Below the pieces are notes generated by a model. The model saw only the letters and a list, made by a program, of their open reading frames with translations. It was not told the DNA's origin and did not search any database. From positions 661,042 through 725,041 of the forward strand of contig CBFFRQ010000042.1 in assembly GCA_965644315.1 (NCBI GenBank): DNA of 64,000 bases, read 5' to 3'. Source of the stretch: Caecitellus pseudoparvulus. Its lineage: Eukaryota > Protista > Bigyra: Bicosoecida. Shown piece after piece: positions 35,801 to 44,766 of this stretch. How positions within the stretch are numbered: the first letter of the stretch is position 1; every line of letters starts with the position of its first letter. Position numbers and translations under genes: made by a program.

Positions 35801-36890
35801 CTCCACAGTGCACACTGTGGCCGAGCCGAGTGACGAGCGCCTTGGGTCGCTTGCGCTTACAATGGTTCTCGCTTGTGTCCTCTTCGAGATGGCTGGCAGT
35901 CAGCGACATTCTGTTGAGGATCAAACTGCGGCGACGGGTGTCACCCGCCTTTTGAAAGAACTGCTCGGCGAGATTGGGGGGGGACGTGTAGGGGTCGCCT
36001 TCGCTCAGGACACCTTTGCCTGTGGGCAAGCATGCAGGGAGACTGACCCGGCAACGGCCTTTGCCTTCGACAGCATTGCTGCGAATTGCTCGCATACTGA
36101 GGCCATTGCAAGGGTTGAGCTGCAAAAATTGGAACAAAATTTGAGCCTGGAAGCTGCCCAGAGTGCGTACGACGCCGGCCTTCATTCCACGGCAGTGCCC
36201 GACACAGCCTCGTGTGCAGTGCTGTACCTGTGCGTGTTGCGGGTACTGCTAGAGACGACTGATGAGCAGGAGCACGAGCATGGATTGGTGGAAGAATTTC
36301 TGAGAAGCCCAGGAAGCGTGCCTTCTGCCTTTGGCAAGGTGGTGCTCCGGGGCGGCTGCAAGCGAGACCAGAATCTGGCGTGTGACGACATCTTGCGAAT
36401 CGCCAAAGCATTGTGGGACCGCCTTGAGAGCAAGACTGCTTGTCCGAATTTGCAGGGCGCAACAGAGATCTTGCTGGATTATTCCTTGAGCAACGGGGCC
36501 ATGAAAGCTTCGCCGCACTTTCCTTCACTGTGGACCAGGGGACCTCCCAGCTTTGCTCTATTGAGCGAGAAGTTTGCACCCAAGAAGCTTCAAGAGCGGT
36601 TCAAGGGATCTCAGCATGCGAATGTGCTCCAGAAAATCTTGATGGCACGGGCTGCGCAGCTTCAGCGGGAGATTGCTGCTGTTCCTGAGAGGTGCTCCGA
36701 ATTACGCAGGCGGATTGCCGCCGCAGCTCTTCCACCACCGCATGAGCGCCTTCGTGACCTCCCTCCCCCCCTTTGCTTCGCAAACCGAGAGGAGTTTCGG
36801 GCCAACATTAGCACAGAATTTGGGGATGTTGTGCCGACCGAAGACGACCTGATGCGCGTTGCGCGGGAGGTGCTCATCGGCTCTGCTTGA
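32850..36890 (+). CDS. Large atypical protein kinase: helical N-terminus, central kinase, helical C-terminus
   Basis: LVVK, FYQELY, IVMERVPG, AHTDIKPENI, LIDFEG, YLPP, FDMWA; uninterrupted ORF of about 1346 codons. Confidence 0.75.
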   Translation: MAAAAATLGGLAEYRPGIDFKEKLVKLQKNLEKLQCAEPREGFATEVNEACKELLELLGQALAKGKELGTCLHESDQLGIVEDEGHFKVLKGQLGVALQEAQKCVDATRVAFSNGGLEQRRIFHQRREQLKHTRDVLTTFKGRLKSMLQVHKERLALFEIGSKDGLQTTVAKFVNSCQESLTALNSHADFHARASLGITGEKGGGAPGGAAVTPTALSRDSVEHVLKHSLEPLKKSLQVALQRSSARDQQTSASKSRLMSLYSFMWREFYNIGTVSAEDGNLATLSRRLQDVAAWATDLQGRLEACPESASRSQLSALAVEAVTALAEVVSHLPELAVITSEGTIKKIIKADQLGGDKEKAEALIKMIDSTCVFLDVFSVEDLPGEGGSFPAQDYRQVLCVQPRGGPLKNQRLVVKWRTSEKSDKDAYSTLRTFYQELYLTLRARTGVAPLHVPKVLGIAIAAKGKKGESSPPGGSAGQAPQPSITCAIVMERVPGIELRTLLRTPAWRGVSRPVRLKLAACLWEAVAQLQACEMAHTDIKPENIIVRLQLSDAVQDAVDACTTKGADSPQPEELPEEIWKPLQRQLILQVWQDKARVTLIDFEGAGVAASTGKVRRKQYSTHALSTEATYTDLYLPPMTADTDPSRILDCMGFDMWASALVTLSMLGLPQLSASQNLGTKQCPNKVEGFELTRALFYHEDALAKVAPNAEGTHEERMEELLRNIPLEARGALLPCFSEVLEECMFCAADAMDGSDPPHSADAEALPEAAVGAGAAASLQPGQGGEVRSVFRAPRIADTLRDLAIQEKERAFEYADDEGNSNTVTFLSFGVLQGGDADEHVVELPAAMEDLPPFRSQVVQGKGGILLARSVLGDSLPASAMLHKNVVLWALQALSDTTGSGNAERQTEFREMGLEERVHALLLLLGLGGAWLEPGMASGHLDAAVTAAEALLSDDLHLPSTSPDLPSLRGSFLASAEGLRELVLSTVHTVAEPSDERLGSLALTMVLACVLFEMAGSQRHSVEDQTAATGVTRLLKELLGEIGGGRVGVAFAQDTFACGQACRETDPATAFAFDSIAANCSHTEAIARVELQKLEQNLSLEAAQSAYDAGLHSTAVPDTASCAVLYLCVLRVLLETTDEQEHEHGLVEEFLRSPGSVPSAFGKVVLRGGCKRDQNLACDDILRIAKALWDRLESKTACPNLQGATEILLDYSLSNGAMKASPHFPSLWTRGPPSFALLSEKFAPKKLQERFKGSQHANVLQKILMARAAQLQREIAAVPERCSELRRRIAAAALPPPHERLRDLPPPLCFANREEFRANISTEFGDVVPTEDDLMRVAREVLIGSA

Positions 36891-39533
36891 CCAGGTCCGC
36901 AGTGTTGCAGAGACGACCAGTACAAATGAAACGTGAATCCCAACCTGTAAAGCACGATGCACCATCTCCCCAAAGTCGTGAGCCCAGTGCAACCGCTGCA
37001 CTCTGACAATGGAGTGGGCTTGCGTTTCACCCCATCGAAAGCCAGCCTAACTACGGCGTCCGGGCATGCACGTGCTTCTTCGTGGCAGGGTAAGGTTTCC
37101 CAGTGCTGAAGGGCGAGCTAGATAAAGACACGCACAGGGTGGGTTTTACGTGTGCATTGCTTCCAGCTTGCTCAAGGTCTCGCTGCATGAGGCTTGTGGC
37201 CGTGAGCCTTGCAGGATGAAACTCCGCTCGCACCAGCGTCGACAATGCCAGCCCTGCTCCAGTCCTCAGCGCTGCAGCAGGCTGCCCTTCAACCAGAGAA
37301 AGGAATATTGATCTGATTTCCATTTCCGTCCGCGAACTCCTGTGCTGTGTGTTAAATGGCGTGGGCCAGACGTTTAGCCCGAGTGGCACTGGCGCTCTCA
37401 ACCGGTGTGGTGCCGGCCACATCGAGGTGGAGTTGGGAGCTCCTTGAGTGTGCGCTTGGGGAGTGTGGTGCTGGATCTTGTAGTAGTCCATTGTAGTCAC
37501 GCTGTGTGTGGTGCCGCTGGGCCGCGCTGCTGTGGGTGTCGCTTCAGCGAGCCCGGTGCTGAGGTGCCACACATCGGCCAAGCTCGCCTCGCTGTACTGG
37601 CCTGGCGATGGAGAGAGTTGAGATGCAGCGCAGAGAAGAGTACCTGTCCACATCATCTGACATTCGTCCTGGAAGGTGTGCGCTGAGCAAGCCAGGGCAA
37701 CATTTGCGGGAGGCTGGGCAACCGAGGGTACCTTGGTGACGGTGTATGCCGTGCTTGCCAGGATGCCTGGCTTGCCGCCCACTTCCTCTCACGGATCGAT
37801 GGACCTAATCAGCATGCAGCCTTGTGCCTCAGTTGCGTCCTTACTCAGTGCTGCATCCACGGAGTCATCGCCATTCCGCGGCGCGGACATGAGACCCTGC
37901 TCAGCAGGGTTTGAGGGAGTGTCATCAGCAGTCCTTCACCATGCTGGGGTGGCAGCCTAGCCAGACTCAGTGCTGCATGTGTAGGCACGATATCTCCGCC
38001 AGGTAGTCCCACAGTCACAGGCTGTGCAGGTGACGCCATGGGCTTGCCCAGTACTGAACCCAGAGAACCCGCAACGGTCGCCGTGCCGAGAGGCAGGATC
38101 TTGTCTGAGGGAGCCTCAGGAAGGCTTGCAAAAACCACGCTGTCTTTGGTACATTGCTGGATGGACTCGGTGCTGGCGGGGGCGGTGCCTAGCAGCAGCC
38201 GGCTGGCCGCAGCAGGACTGACTTGCATCTTGGCTCAGGCTCTGGCGAAGGTTCAGCCGAATCAAAGGGCGCCATGGCCGTTTGGAAGGCTTCTGCACAG
38301 GACTTGCCCAACCATGTCAATGACATGAGGTTGGGGCAGCATCCACCAGGCGCTGCGGCTTGGGGGACCATTGCTGGACTGGCACCACCTCCAAAGCCAG
38401 AGAGAAAGCCAGTGCCTGTGTGGTGGCAGAGCCACTGCTGTGGCGCATGGGGGTGGGGGGGGTCGAAGGGGACCAACGCATCAAAGCTAGATGTTGTATC
38501 ATGATTCTGGCCAGAGGTAGGCACCATAAGCCCTGTCTGCCGCTCCAATGCTGAGAAGTGCTAGAGTGCAAGTCGGGCAAGGCGAAGCGCTGGCTTGAGA
38601 GCTGCACTACACCTTGCTGCAATGGCTCATGTCAAGGCTAGCGCAGGCCGACAGTACTGTGGTGGGGATTTTGTGTGCTACACCCTCTCCAAAGACACTT
38701 CTGAGAGGTACAAGGACCTTCCAAGCTCGACGAACGGCGAGTTTGTAGAGGCGCCTTGTTGAGCATAGAAGCAGTCCTCTGCATCTGTGTGGGAGCTGCG
38801 GGCGTTGCTAAGGCGGCAAGACGCCTAACACCATGGAGGACTGTGCAGACAGGTGCACTGGAAGCCAGCCCTCGAGATGAGATGTACACTTCGAGGGTCA
38901 GGTTGGCTTTCTGGAGCTTTGCCAGGCCGATAGTTCATGACAGGGCGTAGGCCAGAGACAAGCTTCAGAGACAAAGGACTTTAGCGGAGGCTGTCTTCTG
39001 AGGTGGCAAGGTGTCAAAACGCGCCTGGGTGCACGCTCTTGGCTCGAGAGGCTCAGCGCCGGGTTGGCAACATGTGGTACAGAGATCCCACGATTCGCAT
39101 GGACGCACACATTCATCTCAACCGGCATTGCAGCTCGCAGGCATTTGAAAGGAACCAGATCGGACATTTTGACCCATTTTGCAGTGGATTTCTTCTTCTC
39201 AGTGTTCCAGCTTTTCAAGTGTAAGTGCGTGTGCCTTACTTGGTCGAGGCGGAATTAGCGCGCCTAGTTGTGCTACGTGCAAGGCTGTCAGAGTACAAGT
39301 GTGCCAACGGACCACACGAAAGTTTTGAAGGCCATTTCTGTCGGCATGCACTGACTTTGAACACATATTTATACTGTTGGTATGCTTCGTTCTTCCTCGT
39401 GGCCTTGTTCCGCTGAAATAGATCGGACTCCTCCGCATGTATTCATTGCTGCAGCATCTCGCACATGTCGATCAAAAGCCATCTCTGCCAGAATTGCGCA
39501 GGTTTCAGCTCAAAGACCAAAATCACAGCCATA

Positions 39534-42500
39534 ATGTGCAGTAGCACAAGGGCCTCGCTTCAAGCACGGTCCCCGTTGGCCTCAGCTCGCCCAGGCCATC
39601 GGCAGCGATCTTTGGCGTTGCACTGGTGTTTCGTTGCCGCTGTGTTTCTGGCCATGGCAGCTGTTTGCTTGGCACAGGCAAGGCTCTCGCAAGTTGAAGG
39701 CGCCAAGGCCATCTTGCCCAGTGTTCATATTCGGCGACTTTCTGGGACAGGCCCGCAAGTCTTTAGCATTTCTGCCGGTGGCTCACACTCATGTGCCAGA
39801 CTTGGTGGAGGTGTCAAGTGCTGGGGTTACAACTCGCATGGCCAGCTGGGGTACGGCAACACAGTCAATGTTGGTGACGATGAAGTTCCAGCCACGATAG
39901 GTGCTGTGGATTTGGGCCCTGTCACTGTGACGCAGGTGGCAGCTGGGAGTTTACACACCTGTGTGTTGTCGTCCAGCGGTCAAGTCACGTGTTGGGGGTA
40001 CAGCTCCGATGGGAATCTGGGGTACGGCAACACACTCCGTATCGGTGACGATGAGCTTCCATCCTCGGTCGGCACTGTGGATTTGGGCAGTGGTGTCACT
40101 GTGACTCAGGTGGTAGCAGGGCATTATTTCACCTGTGCTTTGATTTCCAGCGGTGAAGTTATGTGCTGGGGACGTGGGGGTGCTGGCCAGTTGGGATATG
40201 GCAGCACAGTCGATATTGGAGACAATGAGCTTCCATCCTCGGTAGGCACTGTGGATTTGGGCAGTGGTGTCACTGTGACTCAGGTGACAGCTGGGGACTC
40301 ACACACCTGTGTGTTGTTGTCCAGCGGTGGAGTCATGTGCTGGGGGTCTGGAGGCTATGGCCAGCTGGGCTACGGCAACACACTCCGTATCGGAGACGAT
40401 GAGCTTCCATCCTCGGTCGGCACTGTGGATTTGGGTAGTGGTGTCACTGTGACTCAGGTGACAGCCGGGGATGATCACACATGTGCGTTGTTGTCCAGCG
40501 GTGGAGTCATGTGCTGGGGACGTGCGGACGAAGGCCGGTTGGGGTACGGTAACATAGAACGCATCGGAGACAATGAGCTTCCATCTTCGGTCGGCACTGT
40601 GGATTTGGGCAGTGGTGTCACTGTGACCCAGGTGACAGCTGGGTATCATCACACATGTGCGTTGTTGTCCAGCGGTGGAGTCATGTGCTGGGGACGTGGA
40701 AACATGGGACAGTTGGGGTACGGCAACACAGTCGACATTGGAGACAATGAGCTTCCATCCTCGGTAGGCACTGTGGATTTGGGCAGTGGTGTCACTGTGG
40801 CGGAGGTTTCTGCTGGGGGTTTACACACTTGTGCGTTATTGCAGAGTGGGGGTGTGATGTGCTGGGGGTACAACCTCTTCGGCGGACTGGGGTATGGCCA
40901 CACAGGTCATGTCGGAGACAATGAGCTTCCATCCACGGCAGGCAATGTGCAACTTGTGTTTCCTTCCTTGACACCCTCTCCAACCGCCAGCCCAACCTCA
41001 TCTCCGTCATCAACCCATTCCACAACAGCGCTACCAACAACCTCTCCAAGTAGCACTCCAAGTACATCAATGACGGCATCCAAGAGCTCTGCCCCAACGC
41101 CATCATCGACAGCTTCCAGCATGACAACGGCAACGAGCTCGGCGAGCGGCACACCAAGTACATCAATGACGGCATCCAAGAGCTCTGCCCCAACGCCATC
41201 ATCGACAGCTTCCAGCATGACAACGGCGACGACTTCGGCGAGCGGCACACCAAGTACATCAATGACGGCATCCAAGAGCTCTGCCCCAACGCCATCATCG
41301 ACAGCTTCCAGCATGACAACGGCAACGAGCTCGGCGAGAAGTAGAATATCTGCTTCATTCTCTGCAGATCCTCAGGCAGCCACGCCCACTCCCACAGTAT
41401 CTCCATCACCCTCAGCGCCCATTGCAGCAGGCTCGAGTTGGGCCTGGCAAGTGGGGACTGCAGGAACCTCGTCTTCCACCTTTCATCTTGCGTTTCCTGG
41501 CTCGGCCACGTGCCACACTGGATGTGACAGCGCCACAACAGCAAAGCTTCTGCCCTGTCCACGCCAAGGTGCATGTCCAGTGTCCAGTACGTTGACACAC
41601 ATCACTGGCTGCGCACCGGGCCACACTGGGGCAGCGTGCGGCACTTGTGTCGCAGGTTGGGCAGCTGTGTCACCTTGCTTAGCTTGTCAACAATGCCCAG
41701 ATTCTGGCTTGTCCCCAGCAGGCGCAGCAGTTGGCTTTGCTGCGTTGCAGGTCACCATGACCCTAGCGGTGGCAGTCTTCAGTCTCCGCAAGTATGCCAA
41801 GTCTCCAGAGAAACTCACCACCAGCCTGTTCTCAGGTGGACTGCGGGTCATGCTCTGGTTCATTGGCATATCTGCGCAGATCGCCATCCTCGCTCCTTCA
41901 AGTCCAGACTCCCTCCAAGCGTCAGCACACTCCCTGCACCAGTGGGCAGGCGCATGTGAGCTGGCCAGGCCGTGGGCAGGCGAACCCACCTCAAATCTGA
42001 ATGGCACGCTGTATACTCGCGATGCTGACACTGAATCGGCAGGTGCAGGTGGCATGGCTGTGCTGTCTGGCATCACTGGTTCGAGCAGCTTAGCTAGTCT
42101 GCCATCTGTGGCCTGTGCTGCAGGTGGTGGCGACCCATCCAGTCCAGACAACGACGGCAACCTGTTCATGGTGGCGCTGGGCGCCTTCCTGCTCCTGGCA
42201 TCGGCACTGACGCTGGGTCTAACCGAGCCTGCAGCTGACACAACGCGTGGGGTGTGGTGCAGTGTGTTGCTGTTGCTCCCAGCAGCTGCGTACATTCGCC
42301 TGCTGCCAGCTCTGCTGCAGCTGCATGCCGAGTTGGTGGGCCTGCGGCCTCAGCACGAAGCACTGACCGATGCAAACGCGCCAGCTGGCACCATGAAGGC
42401 AGCAGCTCCCTTCGTCTTCCCCCTCGTGCTACACATTTTGGCAGGCAGTGTGGGTTTCGTCGCCTTCATGGCTTGGCGGCAGTGGCGAGGAGCGAGCACA

Positions 42501-44036
42501 GCTGCATTGCGAGGCGCCACGGTGCGTGGCTTCCTGTCCAACGGCTACCGCATCCAGATGACACCAGTGCAAGCTCGGAACCTTGTGGCCCATGCAGGCG
42601 GCGACAAGAGCAGCGCTATCGCGAAGGCCGCTGTCGCTGAGGCTGAGCAAGCTCAGTCAGCATGCTGGGGCTTCGCTTGGCTGCTTCCCACACACACGTT
42701 TCTTGCGATGAAGACCACTCTTGTCGCTGTCGTGGCATGGATCACATGGCTGACCACTGACACCACTCTGCGCCTGTGCATGGTGGGTGGCGTGGTACTG
42801 GGCAGCCTGCTCCTCGTGCGGTGGCGGCGGCCCTGGTGTCTGGAGGAGCTGACAGACCTGGACGTCATGGCCCATGGCGGCATCCTGCTGCAGGTGATCC
42901 TGGTGGGCGTGAACAGCCTCCGCCCACCTGCAGGTGTGCGGGGGGTCACAGATGCTCTGCTGTACATTTCACAGGGCGCCATCCTGCTGGCCATGCTGCT
43001 GGTGGTGGTGCGTGGGTACAGTTCAGCGGCTCGGTCTGTGTTGGCTCGTGTCGGAGCCCGCATCCGGGCCCTGCTGCCTGAGCTGGGCAGTGCAGACAGT
43101 GCAGGGGACAGCACTGTGGGGCAGATCGTGGACAGTCGAGTGCCGACGCTCGTGGACATTGTGTCAGCCCTGGCACAGCGACTGGCGAGGGGTTGTCGCA
43201 TCCAGCCAGCCGCCCCACGCACTATTGTCAGCTTGAGCACGGTGTTATCGTTTCCAGGTGGCATGGTGCGGCAGGGTGGAATTGGTACTCCACGTAGCGA
43301 TGCCGATGCCGTGCTGCAGGCGCTGGGTCGCAGGGGAGCCGCCCTCGTGTCGGTGGCATCCACGCAGAGCTCTGCGAGAGCGAGCGCGGAAACGACAGAC
43401 ACAACAAAGGAGGAGTCCAGTACACGCCCAGCCCAACCGTCATCTTTGCTAGACTTACAGGAAGCATCTCTGCTCCCCATCACCGAGGCAGATGCCGGCA
43501 ACGCGACCAATCCTCTGCGGGCAGGCAAGGCAGAGCCCACCTCTGCACGCAGCGATGAAGCAGCTGGTGCTGAGAAGCAAGCTTCGACGCCATCGCAGTC
43601 AGAACAGGCAAAGCAGACGTCTGATCTTCCAGCCAGTCGAGCGCGAGCACCAGGCCAGCTAGCAGACCTGCCAACTTCTGTAGAGCGGCGCAGCTCCCAA
43701 GCTGGGCTTGCAGACCTCAGTCAGTCAATGATGGGTGTTTCAGGCGAAACTTCGACCCCCAGTGCTGGCAGTCCGCGTTCAAGCTTTGCCGGAAGGCTGG
43801 AGCTCGGTAGAGAAGGAGAGGAGGTTGAGAACCCTCTGCAGCGCACTCGCCGTTTGAGCATGGGCCACATGGCAGCCATTGCAGACATGGCGGAGCAGCA
43901 GCGGACCCGGCGGGGCTCATCAGCAGCGAGACGGTCTGTTGACAGCCGGGGTCGCATTTCTTTCACAGGCTCGGCTCGTCGGCGTTCGTCAGCGACCCAA
44001 CGTAGAAACAGCGCTGCCAAGCCGCCTCCCTCCTGA
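39534..44036 (+). CDS. Cell-surface receptor-like protein: RCC1 propeller, Ser/Thr stalk, Cys-rich domain, multiple TM helices, cytoplasmic tail
   Basis: Signal-like WCFVAAVFLAMAAVCLA; about 7 RCC1 repeats (AG..HTCALL..G.V.CWG....GQLGYG); CAPGHTGAACGTCVAGW; about 7 or more hydrophobic segments; start could be 39465. Confidence 0.85.
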   Translation: MCSSTRASLQARSPLASARPGHRQRSLALHWCFVAAVFLAMAAVCLAQARLSQVEGAKAILPSVHIRRLSGTGPQVFSISAGGSHSCARLGGGVKCWGYNSHGQLGYGNTVNVGDDEVPATIGAVDLGPVTVTQVAAGSLHTCVLSSSGQVTCWGYSSDGNLGYGNTLRIGDDELPSSVGTVDLGSGVTVTQVVAGHYFTCALISSGEVMCWGRGGAGQLGYGSTVDIGDNELPSSVGTVDLGSGVTVTQVTAGDSHTCVLLSSGGVMCWGSGGYGQLGYGNTLRIGDDELPSSVGTVDLGSGVTVTQVTAGDDHTCALLSSGGVMCWGRADEGRLGYGNIERIGDNELPSSVGTVDLGSGVTVTQVTAGYHHTCALLSSGGVMCWGRGNMGQLGYGNTVDIGDNELPSSVGTVDLGSGVTVAEVSAGGLHTCALLQSGGVMCWGYNLFGGLGYGHTGHVGDNELPSTAGNVQLVFPSLTPSPTASPTSSPSSTHSTTALPTTSPSSTPSTSMTASKSSAPTPSSTASSMTTATSSASGTPSTSMTASKSSAPTPSSTASSMTTATTSASGTPSTSMTASKSSAPTPSSTASSMTTATSSARSRISASFSADPQAATPTPTVSPSPSAPIAAGSSWAWQVGTAGTSSSTFHLAFPGSATCHTGCDSATTAKLLPCPRQGACPVSSTLTHITGCAPGHTGAACGTCVAGWAAVSPCLACQQCPDSGLSPAGAAVGFAALQVTMTLAVAVFSLRKYAKSPEKLTTSLFSGGLRVMLWFIGISAQIAILAPSSPDSLQASAHSLHQWAGACELARPWAGEPTSNLNGTLYTRDADTESAGAGGMAVLSGITGSSSLASLPSVACAAGGGDPSSPDNDGNLFMVALGAFLLLASALTLGLTEPAADTTRGVWCSVLLLLPAAAYIRLLPALLQLHAELVGLRPQHEALTDANAPAGTMKAAAPFVFPLVLHILAGSVGFVAFMAWRQWRGASTAALRGATVRGFLSNGYRIQMTPVQARNLVAHAGGDKSSAIAKAAVAEAEQAQSACWGFAWLLPTHTFLAMKTTLVAVVAWITWLTTDTTLRLCMVGGVVLGSLLLVRWRRPWCLEELTDLDVMAHGGILLQVILVGVNSLRPPAGVRGVTDALLYISQGAILLAMLLVVVRGYSSAARSVLARVGARIRALLPELGSADSAGDSTVGQIVDSRVPTLVDIVSALAQRLARGCRIQPAAPRTIVSLSTVLSFPGGMVRQGGIGTPRSDADAVLQALGRRGAALVSVASTQSSARASAETTDTTKEESSTRPAQPSSLLDLQEASLLPITEADAGNATNPLRAGKAEPTSARSDEAAGAEKQASTPSQSEQAKQTSDLPASRARAPGQLADLPTSVERRSSQAGLADLSQSMMGVSGETSTPSAGSPRSSFAGRLELGREGEEVENPLQRTRRLSMGHMAAIADMAEQQRTRRGSSAARRSVDSRGRISFTGSARRRSSATQRRNSAAKPPPS
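39770..40950 (+). repeat. 174-bp (58-aa) RCC1 repeats, about 7 copies, central ones near-identical in DNA
   Basis: atgagcttccatc..cggt.ggcactgtggatttggg recurs at 174-bp spacing (about 40051, 40225, 40399, 40573, 40747). Confidence 0.95.
41055..41337 (+). repeat. 96-bp (32-aa) Ser/Thr-rich repeat, 3 copies (mucin-like stalk)
   Basis: ccaagtacatcaatgacggcatccaagagctctgcc at 41058, 41154 and 41250. Confidence 0.95.
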
Positions 44037-44766
44037 GCAACTGCGCAGACACATTGAGCGAAGAAATGGATACGTGCAATATAGATTAAGTTCTCTCCGA
44101 CAAAAGGGTACAAATAGGATCCAGTGTACAGGAACACTCTGCAGATTGCAGACCTGTGTGCTTGATCTTCTTTGCATTCTTTTGGTTCTTGTTGTCACCC
44201 GCCAAGAAAGCCTGAAGTCTTTCTGATTGTGTCACCCGCCAAGAACTATGAATTCAATTACTTAAGGGTGTGTGTGGTCTCCGTGCGGCGCGGCATCCGT
44301 GTGAGCCTCACCACCATGTCGCCACGCCTGCCCGCAACGGCGCCCAGCACCCGCCCATGACCTGCCGTGCACCTAAACGGCTGTACATACATGGTTAGGA
44401 AGTTCAATGCATTGCAACCTCTTGTTTTCAACCACACTCACCTCACACTTGCTCCTCGAAAGAAGCGGGCTGCGGCGCTCGCTTGCTCAGTACACATATC
44501 TTGCACAGAGCATGGTGAGTCACCATGTGAAGTAAGCTTGTTCTTTTCAGAACATGGTACTTTAATGTTCTTCGTCGTCATTCAGGCGTTCGGCGCCAGT
44601 TGGGCGAGTTGGGCGCGGGTTTCGGCCTTGGCGTGTTGGGGGCGCCGCGGCGACCCCGCGCACACCGCGCCACCCCGCGACCCAAAACGGCCCCGCCGCG
44701 CGTTACGACACTGGAAATTTCAGAATAACATCTTAGAATGCACTATCAACCCGAAGCAAGCTTTTA

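Noticed and set aside
36900-39460. ORFs 37051-37782, 37845-38228 and 38189-38548 as genes
   Set aside because: No recognisable motifs or consistent frame; a divergent or decayed gene cannot be excluded.
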